Source of the DNA: Elusimicrobia bacterium RIFOXYA2_FULL_47_53
GTDB taxonomy: Bacteria > Elusimicrobiota > Endomicrobiia > Endomicrobiales > XYA2-FULL-47-53
Length of the DNA stretch: 64,000 bases
Reading direction: 5' to 3'
NCBI GenBank assembly: GCA_001800315.1
Contig: MGVE01000013.1
Location: 2,238-66,237, forward strand
Each line of letters begins with the position of its first letter. Position 1 is the first letter of the stretch. Under the pieces are notes generated by a model. The model was not told where the DNA came from. It saw nothing but the letters and a program-made list of their open reading frames with translations, and made no database searches. The translations under genes and the position numbers were made by a program. Positions 18,838 through 26,369 of the stretch are shown piece after piece.

Positions 18838-19833
18838 TCAGCGGGACGCAAGCTTCTTTTTTACTATCGCCATCGCCTTTTTGTTCTCGAATTTGCCGAG
18901 TTTGCTTAGCCCCTCTTTCCTTGACATAATTCCAAGACGGACCATGCCGGCTATCTCAAAGGCATATGGATGAAAACCATGGCGGTCCAGATGAACCTTG
19001 TTGGCAAAGGAATTGAGCAGACAGTTCGTGGAATTGGCGTCCATCTCGCCCGGCTCTCTCCAGCCAAGTTTTTTTATTTTAGAGATTATGCTTTTTTCAT
19101 TATAATCCGTGAAAGCGAAAGGGCTGACGGTGTACGGAAAGGCTTCCGGGGAGTCAAAAACTGAATCTTCAATAAAATACCTTGAGAGATCGGAGCCGGA
19201 GGCCTCTTCAAGCTGTTTTCTAAAAATACTCTGGGTTGATTTAAACAGGGAGGCGTTAATTTTCATAAGCGAAGACCTGACAGGCGCCTGCCCCGGAGTC
19301 CAGCCCCAGACCATGAGCGGAATTTTCTTTTCCAGGGCGGTCTTTAAAAATATGAATTTTGCCAGCCCTATGCAGGAAGTGCATATAGTGCTCGCCCGCT
19401 CCAGGGCCTTTAGCGGGAATATGGGTTCTTTAAGGCTTCTTTTTATCACATTTCTCATTACGCCGAAATCAGCCTTAATTATCAGGCTGTCAACACCAAG
19501 AGCCTCCGTGACAGTCCTGATATTCCTGAATGCCTCTTCGGATATAAAACCATTGTCAAAAGTAAGCGCGAGCGGATTTAGCTTAAAGTGTGTCTTAGCC
19601 AGGTAAAGGGCGAAAGTGCTGTCTTTGCCGCCGGAATACGCCACAGTGCAGTCGTAGGAGTACTTTCCCCTGATATTATCAAGCAGTTCCGTGAACTTGC
19701 CATATATTTCCTTTTTTTGGGCGGAGTAATCCTCAACCGCTTTTGAATCGGAGCAGTAGTTACACACGCCGTATTTATCAAAACTAATACCCGGGAAAGT
19801 TTCCGGCAGAACGCACCTTGAACATATTTTCAT
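18838..19833 (-). CDS. N-acetyl-sugar amidotransferase-like PP-loop ATPase (WbpG family-like)
   Basis: 331 aa. N-terminal Cys pairs (CSRCVLP...CNYC) and PP-loop VAYSGGKDSTFALYLA, as I recall for LPS/EPS N-acetyl sugar amidotransferases. Confidence 0.65.
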   Translation of the reverse strand: MKICSRCVLPETFPGISFDKYGVCNYCSDSKAVEDYSAQKKEIYGKFTELLDNIRGKYSYDCTVAYSGGKDSTFALYLAKTHFKLNPLALTFDNGFISEEAFRNIRTVTEALGVDSLIIKADFGVMRNVIKRSLKEPIFPLKALERASTICTSCIGLAKFIFLKTALEKKIPLMVWGWTPGQAPVRSSLMKINASLFKSTQSIFRKQLEEASGSDLSRYFIEDSVFDSPEAFPYTVSPFAFTDYNEKSIISKIKKLGWREPGEMDANSTNCLLNSFANKVHLDRHGFHPYAFEIAGMVRLGIMSRKEGLSKLGKFENKKAMAIVKKKLASR

Positions 19834-20741
19834 AAATGAACTCCATTTGTGTCGGTAAACTTCAGAAAGCAGTTCTGGGATGACAGCGCTTTACGGAACG
19901 CTGAGCAAGCTCAGCAGCTACAAAACCATTTAACTGCGAGATTGCTTCTCTCCCTTCGGGAGATCGCAATGACGGCCTTTTTTGGTCGTCATACACCTTT
20001 TCCCAACAACTGAGATCCTTCTCTCCCTTCGGGAGATCGCAATGACGGCCTTTTTTTATTTTGCGTCATCCCAGAGGTAGTAGTCTGGGATCCAGTCTTT
20101 AGTCTTACTTCTGGATTCCGGAGTGGCGGCCCAATGCTTTGAATAAAATCAGCCGGCCTCCCAGGCGAATGCGAAGCATTCTTCACCCGTCCAAAGACGG
20201 GAGATTTTTCGCCGCGGGACTGAACAATTCCGGAATGACAGCACGCTTCGCTCCAGGATGACGGCGCTTTACGGAACGCGCAGCAAGCTGCGCAGCTACA
20301 AAACCAACTAACTGCGAGATTGCTTCTCTCCCTGCGGGAGATCGCAATGACAACCTTTTTTGGTCGTCATACCCTTCCGAGCCGGTTATGAGCAAAAGTA
20401 TTTTTGGATGCCTTCAGTCTTGCCTGTTTGACCTGCCTACAAGGCAGGGAGTTTGCAAGACTGCCTAAAATACTTTTGCGAATGGCTCGCGGGGTCGCGT
20501 TTCTTTATTAACTTTCTTTGAGCGCTCAAAGAAAGTTAGAAAGGGGTGCAGGGGCAGCAGCCCCGCGACTTTGTTTCTTTCTGAAAGAACTTTAAAATCC
20601 TGGATCCCAGACAAAACATTTCTGGGATGACAGGCCTTGATGGATTCCAGACAGAAGCACTCTGGAATGACGGCGCTTTACGGACGCGCAGCAAGCTGCG
20701 CAGCTACAAAACTCTGACAGTGCAGAACCATGAACTGAAAA
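19834..20741. repeat. Mosaic hairpin-repeat array B (largest)
   Basis: About 900 bp, non-coding. It repeats the modules of array A and contains a 130-bp block (20090-20219) nearly identical to 26049-26177. It also holds two long composite hairpins at 20396-20565. Track ORFs inside it have low-complexity translations. Confidence 0.85.
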
Positions 20742-22241
20742 CTATCTGAGTTCGGCTCTTTTGACTTTGCCGGAAGCCGTCTTAGGCAGTGCCGGCGCCA
20801 ACACTATTGTTTTAGGAACCTTGTACGCGGCAAGGTTTTTCTTGCAGAAAATCAATATATCCTTTTCAGAGACGGACGCGCCCTCTCTCAGCACAACCAC
20901 CAGCTTAATGCTTTCTCCGAATATTTCGTCCGGAACGCCCACGGCCGCGCACTCCAGAACTTCTTTCATCATGCAAACCGCGTCTTCTATCTCCAGCGGG
21001 CTTATACGGTTTGCCCCGGACTTTATCATATCGCTTTTTCGGCTGGCTATGTAAATAAACCCATCGTCGTCCGTTCTGGCCAGATCTCCGGTATAAAGGA
21101 ATCCGTCTTTTAGCACCTTGGCGGTTTCTTCGGGCGATTTCCAGTAACCGAGCATAATATTGTCGCCGCGCGCCACTATCTCGCCGATTTCCCCGGGAAC
21201 CGCGGCTTTTCCGTTTTCGCCCACAACTGAGAGTTCCACGCCGGGAATAGCTTTTCCCACCGACCCCAGCTTGCTTTCCAAAAACCGCGGCGGCAGATAA
21301 CTGAGCCTTGCCGCGGCTTCCGTCTGGCCATACATTACAAAAAATTCAACCTTGGGAAGTATTTCCCTGAACTCTCTGATGTGCGACGGGCTCATGGCGC
21401 CGCCGGCCTGCGTCACATATCTCAGCTTCGGCAGTTTATAATTTCTGAGCGCTGACTTTCTTAAAAGTATCGCGAAATGAGACGGCACTCCGGAAAACCC
21501 GGTAACCCCCTCCCTTTCCATGGTGTCAAGCACCGTATTAGGATAGAGGAACCTGTTGTCAATCACCAGCTTTCCGCCGGCTTTAATATGAGTAGTCAAA
21601 AGCGATGTGCCGTAAGAATAAAAGAACGGGAGAACCACGGCCGCGCTGTCGTCATGGGACAGCTTCAAATATGAAACTATGGATTCCGCGTTAGAGCACA
21701 TATTCCGGTGAGAAAGCATTACACCCTTGGGCCTGCCTGTCGTGCCGGAGGTGTAAATCATAACCGCGAGGTCATTTTCGGAGACTGAACTCCGCGCGGC
21801 CTCAAGAGCCTCACCGTTTAACCCAAAGTTCTTTTCAAAATCTTCGCCCTGTGAAACAACTATCGGCTCCGGTAAACCGCCTGCTATATTTTCCCGCGCG
21901 GCATCCACAATATTTTTAAGCCGGGGCTCGGTAATTATCGCCTTAGGCGCGCAATCCGAGAGCACAAATTCAAGCTCACGGGGAACCATTTGAGTGTTCA
22001 AAGCCGCGACACAGGCGCCAGCCTTGAGCGCCGCAAAATACGATACGGCATATTCGCAGGAATTATCCAGAAAAAGAGCTACTCTGTCGCCTTTGCCCAG
22101 GCCGCGCGCGGCCAAGCCTGAGGCAAAGCAGTCGGAATACCTGTCAAGCGCGGCGTAGTCCATCCTCTGAGACAGGCAGACCACAGCCTCTTTTGACGGG
22201 TATCTGGCCGAGCTTTCTTTCAGAAAATCAAATAAACGCAT
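20742..22241 (-). CDS. AMP-forming acyl-CoA/acyl-carrier ligase (adenylate-forming enzyme)
   Basis: 499 aa. AMP-binding signature IYTSGTTGRPKGVMLSH, YGQTE, and C-terminal GKVKR. Confidence 0.85.
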   Translation of the reverse strand: MRLFDFLKESSARYPSKEAVVCLSQRMDYAALDRYSDCFASGLAARGLGKGDRVALFLDNSCEYAVSYFAALKAGACVAALNTQMVPRELEFVLSDCAPKAIITEPRLKNIVDAARENIAGGLPEPIVVSQGEDFEKNFGLNGEALEAARSSVSENDLAVMIYTSGTTGRPKGVMLSHRNMCSNAESIVSYLKLSHDDSAAVVLPFFYSYGTSLLTTHIKAGGKLVIDNRFLYPNTVLDTMEREGVTGFSGVPSHFAILLRKSALRNYKLPKLRYVTQAGGAMSPSHIREFREILPKVEFFVMYGQTEAAARLSYLPPRFLESKLGSVGKAIPGVELSVVGENGKAAVPGEIGEIVARGDNIMLGYWKSPEETAKVLKDGFLYTGDLARTDDDGFIYIASRKSDMIKSGANRISPLEIEDAVCMMKEVLECAAVGVPDEIFGESIKLVVVLREGASVSEKDILIFCKKNLAAYKVPKTIVLAPALPKTASGKVKRAELR

Positions 22242-22250
22242 ACCACTCCG

Positions 22251-24236
22251 TCAATTGACTGTCGTTATGCGGCCCTGAAATTTATCAAGCTTTTCTCGGA
22301 GCAAAGGCTCAAAACCGCTGATAAAATGCTTCTCCGTAAGAAGCGTCGTTATTATGGCCGTTACAGCCATATGATTTTTGTTGCTGACAAGCCCCGGCGC
22401 CGAGTTCCTGCATTTCGCCATCAGGCCTGCCACCGCGGAGGGATTAAATATCCCGGTGTTTTTTAAATTTGATTCAGACAACAACTCTTCCACATACTCC
22501 AGCTTTCCGGCGTTTAGAAAACTCTGGCTTTCCGGAGCCCTGTAGGCCTGTTTTTTTCTGGCGATGATATCCGCCGGCAGATAAGCCGCGGCCGCCTTTT
22601 TTAATAAATATTTTTCGCGCAGGCCCCGGATCTTGCAGCGGGGAGGCAGTGAAAGCGCGTAGCGCACAACTCTGTAATCCAGAAAAGGATATCTACCTTC
22701 AACCGAGTGAGCCATCGCGACCCGGTCGCCCTGCGAAGACAGCAGGTTGCCGGAAAGCAGGGTGAAAATTTCTATGTACTGGGCTTTCAACAGGCTGTCC
22801 CAGGACGAGAACCCGTCCGGCAGAAGGCTTTCAATTGTTTCATAGACGCTCTCGGAGGAAACGGCGCCTTTAAGATCGTCCGCGAAAAATGATTTTATGT
22901 AGGAAGTCGTATCCCATCTTGGAATATGCGAATACCAGTTTTTATCGGCGCCCGAAAGATGAGTCCTGTAAAATGCCTCAATAAACGCCGGCGCCGTTGA
23001 GGCCCCTCCGGAAATACCGGCATGAAGAATATTAAGCAGGGCGGGCCTGCATTTTGAATCCGGCTGGCGCGCCCAGAACCTGCGTATCTTCATTTCCTTA
23101 AAAAGATCGTAACCGCCCAGCATCTCGTCGGCGCCCTCGCCCGTCAGCACCACCTTGATGCCGGATTCGCGCACAAGGCGGGAAAGCATGAACATCGGCG
23201 CCGGCGCCGTCCTGACAAGGGGCTTTTCGGTATGCCAGATGACATCGGGCATGGCTTTGCCGATATCGGCGTAAGAACAGTCTATCCGGCTGTGAGCGCT
23301 GCCGATAAAATCTGAAACTGTTTTCTGATGGGCGCTTTCGTCGTAATATTTATCGCGAAAGGCAACGGAATATGTCTGTATGCCGGGATTATATTTCTGT
23401 TTTACCAGAGACGAAATAAATGATGAATCAAGACCGCCGCTTAAGTAGGAAGCCACCGGCACATCGGCCCGGAGGCGTATCCTGGCGGCATCGTCCAGAA
23501 GCGCCATCAGCTCTTCGGCGTAATCATCATCCTTCTTTTCCGGAGAGTGGCTCAGCCCGCCCGGCTCCACATCCCAGTAGCGGTTTATTTCCATCCTGCC
23601 ACCGCTGACTGTCATAAAATGTGCCGGAGGAAGCTCAAAAACATTCTTAAAAACCGTTTTAGGAGGCAGGGGCGTCCAGAAGGTAAAGAGCTGGCCGAGG
23701 CCCCCGTAATCAAGCTCGCGCTTTATTTTTCCGGAAGAAAACAACGCCTTTATTTCCGACGCGAACAGCAGAGATCCCGCTGAAACTGAGTAGTAAAGCG
23801 GCCGTATGCCCGTCCTGTCGCGCGCCATCAGGAATTTGTTCTTTTTCTTATCCCAGATAACAAACGCGAACTGGCCGTTTAGCTCTTCTAAAAGAGCCTC
23901 GCCTTTTTCTTCGTAGAGGTGGACTATAACTTCCGTGTCGGTTTTGGTGTAAAAACGGTGGCCCTGGCGGGCCAGGCGCTCGCGGAGTTCCGGATAGTTG
24001 AAAATTTCCCCGTTGTAGGTTATCCAGACGGACTTGTTTTCGTTATGAAGGGGTTGAAGTCCCCCTTCAAGATCTATTATGCTGAGCCGGCAGTGCCCGA
24101 GAGAAGCATTTTGCGAGGTGTGGATGCCCGCTTCGTCCGGGCCCCTGTGCGACAGGGACATGACCATATTCCCGGTGACTGTTGCGTCGGGGGTAAGGCC
24201 CGCCATAAGGCTTATCTGTCCGCAAATTCCGCACAT
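22251..24236 (-). CDS. Asparagine-synthase-family amidotransferase (exosortase-locus type)
   Basis: 661 aa. N-terminal MCGICGQ (Cys2 nucleophile). PP-loop SYLSGGLDSSFISSLV. Confidence 0.85.
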   Translation of the reverse strand: MCGICGQISLMAGLTPDATVTGNMVMSLSHRGPDEAGIHTSQNASLGHCRLSIIDLEGGLQPLHNENKSVWITYNGEIFNYPELRERLARQGHRFYTKTDTEVIVHLYEEKGEALLEELNGQFAFVIWDKKKNKFLMARDRTGIRPLYYSVSAGSLLFASEIKALFSSGKIKRELDYGGLGQLFTFWTPLPPKTVFKNVFELPPAHFMTVSGGRMEINRYWDVEPGGLSHSPEKKDDDYAEELMALLDDAARIRLRADVPVASYLSGGLDSSFISSLVKQKYNPGIQTYSVAFRDKYYDESAHQKTVSDFIGSAHSRIDCSYADIGKAMPDVIWHTEKPLVRTAPAPMFMLSRLVRESGIKVVLTGEGADEMLGGYDLFKEMKIRRFWARQPDSKCRPALLNILHAGISGGASTAPAFIEAFYRTHLSGADKNWYSHIPRWDTTSYIKSFFADDLKGAVSSESVYETIESLLPDGFSSWDSLLKAQYIEIFTLLSGNLLSSQGDRVAMAHSVEGRYPFLDYRVVRYALSLPPRCKIRGLREKYLLKKAAAAYLPADIIARKKQAYRAPESQSFLNAGKLEYVEELLSESNLKNTGIFNPSAVAGLMAKCRNSAPGLVSNKNHMAVTAIITTLLTEKHFISGFEPLLREKLDKFQGRITTVN

Positions 24237-24249
24237 TTGATTTTTTTGC

Positions 24250-24504
24250 TCAGGCTGTCTTTTTTGTAATATAATCCGCCAGCTTATCCACGGAGTCCAG
24301 GTTCTCGGGGGTCATTTCGGTATCCGTGACCTTAACCTTGAAATTCTCTTCAAGAAACGCTACCAGCTCAAGCACTCCGGTTGAGTCAATAATCCCTTTC
24401 TCAAGGAAAGAGTCGGAGTTGCCAAACTTCACCGCTTCGGCTCCGAGCAGAAAATTATTCCTGATAAATTCCACGACACTGGTTTTAATTTCTTCTTTAT
24501 TCAT
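24250..24504 (-). CDS. Acyl carrier protein
   Basis: 84 aa, acidic. GIIDSTGVLELVAFLE contains the DS(T/L) phosphopantetheine-attachment motif. ATGA overlap with the upstream VanZ-like gene. Confidence 0.75.
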   Translation of the reverse strand: MNKEEIKTSVVEFIRNNFLLGAEAVKFGNSDSFLEKGIIDSTGVLELVAFLEENFKVKVTDTEMTPENLDSVDKLADYITKKTA

Positions 24505-24878
24505 TTTCGCCTTTCCCTGAAATACATGATGGACAATCCTGCCGCCACACCTGCCGCGTTAAGGGCTAAATCGCTAAGTGAACTGCTCCTGTTGGCCACG
24601 GCGAACTGAGCCAGTTCCACCGCCGCGCCCACAGCCAGGGCGCTGAAAGCGCTGATAAAAAACCGGCGGCCGGCATTCAACCCGGCAACAGACTTTAAAA
24701 TACCGGATAACATCAGCACGAATACGGCATAAACCGGCGCGTGCATAATATTGTTAAACAGCCTGAGTTTTGCCGAATCCGTTCCCAGCGGAAGCAGGGA
24801 AACTGCAACAATAGTCGCCAAATACAGCAGAAACAACAACAGCCTGAGCTTCGCGGATACGGCAGGAAGCCGGAACAT
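24501..24878 (-). CDS. VanZ-like membrane protein
   Basis: 125 aa, 4 TM. ELAQFAVANRSSSLSDLALNAAGVAAG resembles the E..Q....R....D...N..G signature of VanZ. Confidence 0.6.
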   Translation of the reverse strand: MFRLPAVSAKLRLLLFLLYLATIVAVSLLPLGTDSAKLRLFNNIMHAPVYAVFVLMLSGILKSVAGLNAGRRFFISAFSALAVGAAVELAQFAVANRSSSLSDLALNAAGVAAGLSIMYFRERRK

Positions 24879-24879
24879 T

Positions 24880-25839
24880 CTAATCGGCTCCGAGCTTTAT
24901 AGTCAATGATAATTTGTGAAGGCCGCTGAGGGTGTCCCGGGGAATATACGCGTAGTCTAAATTCATTTCGTAAGCGTAGAAGAAGAAGACATCAACATTC
25001 TTAAGAATCAGGCCGGCCCCGTACGACAGCCCCGAATAATCCCCTCCGAGCGAATTATATCCGGCTCTTAGCGCGAATATTCTTCTTTCGCCCGGGAAAT
25101 ATTCCGCGCCGATGCCGTAGCCGCCCTGTGACTTGCTGTTGGTAGTATAATCGGCTCCGACAACCAGGCTGTCTTTTAACAGCACAGAGGCGAGGCCCGC
25201 GTTTAAAGTCCTGGGCAAATCGTAACTTCCGTCTTTATACGAGAAATAGTCGGCATAATTTAAAAGTGAAATGCCGGCGGAAAGCTTGTGCCAGGGATGT
25301 CTGATAAGAATACCTGAATCAAAAGAAAAATTATCACCCGAAGAACTTCTGAACTCTTCGGAGACGCTTTTAGCCGAAAGGCCCACGAAAACGCTGCCCA
25401 AAACGCTGTCCGAGAAAACCGGCTTAGCGTAAGTGAGCTGGGTTATCCTGTCCACGGGATGCGAAGGCGCGGCTCCCGCGGCTGACTGAAGGCCCCAGTC
25501 CAGGGCAGACATTGATACAGCCACCGCTCCGAGGTCATAGACATTGCCAACCCGGACATCCTCAAAATCATAAGCATAGGCCGCGTGCTGAAACGAGGCT
25601 CCCTCGTAAGGCCTGAAACTGGAAAATGAAAATTCATCTCTCGTGATAACGGACAGGCCCGCGGGATTTGAAAAAATAGAATCAATCCCTTCCGACATGG
25701 CGGCGCAGCGCGTTCCCATTGAGGCTATTCTGGCGCTCGGCAATACTTCAAGGGCGCGCGCCGAGGGCGTTTCTGAAAAAACCGGACGCGCGGAAGCCAA
25801 GAGAACCGCCGCTAAAAACAAACTATATATTCTTTTCAT
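24880..25839 (-). CDS. Outer-membrane beta-barrel protein (PorV/PorQ- or FadL-like)
   Basis: 319 aa with a signal peptide. N-terminal ARIASMGTRCAAMSEGIDSIFSNPAGL motif. Alternating amphipathic strands rich in Y/G/S. Aromatic-rich C-terminal strands. Confidence 0.5.
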   Translation of the reverse strand: MKRIYSLFLAAVLLASARPVFSETPSARALEVLPSARIASMGTRCAAMSEGIDSIFSNPAGLSVITRDEFSFSSFRPYEGASFQHAAYAYDFEDVRVGNVYDLGAVAVSMSALDWGLQSAAGAAPSHPVDRITQLTYAKPVFSDSVLGSVFVGLSAKSVSEEFRSSSGDNFSFDSGILIRHPWHKLSAGISLLNYADYFSYKDGSYDLPRTLNAGLASVLLKDSLVVGADYTTNSKSQGGYGIGAEYFPGERRIFALRAGYNSLGGDYSGLSYGAGLILKNVDVFFFYAYEMNLDYAYIPRDTLSGLHKLSLTIKLGAD

Positions 25840-26369
25840 TATTCACCGCCTGTTTTCCCCTGATTGGGCCGATTATGGAATTTTAAGTTATAAGCTGTAA
25901 GTTGCAAGTTTTAAGCTGTAAGTTATAAGTGAACGGCCAACTTCTTTGTCGTCATTTCTTAGCAACAGAGATCCTTCTCTCCCTGCGGGAGATCGCAATG
26001 ACGGCGCGCTTTGTTTTTTGGTGTCATCCCCGAGGACTCAGTCGGGGATCCAGTCTTTAGTCTTACTTCTGGATTCCGGAGTGGCGGCCCAATGCTTTGA
26101 ATAAAACCAGCCGACCTCCCAGGCGAATGCGAAGCATTCTTCACCCGTCCAAAGACGGGAGATTTTTCGCCGCGGGACAGAGGCTTTCCGGAATGACGGC
26201 GCTTTCACGGAACGCGCAGCAAGCTGCGCAGCTACAAAACCATTTAACTGACGCGCCGTTTCGGGGCCACCATCAAACCCGGAGAGGCTTTACGCCACTG
26301 AGTCTTTGGCGGGCTGTCCCGCCACTGAACCGTTGGCGGGCTGACGCGCCGTTTCGTGTTTGTGTAACT
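25840..26369. repeat. Mosaic hairpin-repeat array C
   Basis: Same module set as arrays A and B. 26049-26177 is nearly identical to 20090-20219. The hairpin at 26026-26049 covaries with the one at 20068-20091. Confidence 0.85.

Noticed and set aside
18571-20395. Track ORFs inside the repeat arrays: 18571..18786, 19989..20186 and 20183..20395. Also 25959..26144 and 26097..26543.
   Set aside because: They are made entirely of the hairpin-repeat modules. Near-identical 'proteins' arise only because the DNA repeat recurs. They have no RBS and no plausible protein features.
18565-26369. Possibility that the repeat arrays are CRISPR arrays
   Set aside because: There is no single constant repeat alternating with unique spacers of regular length. 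The units are heterogeneous, nested and occur in both orientations. No cas genes are present.
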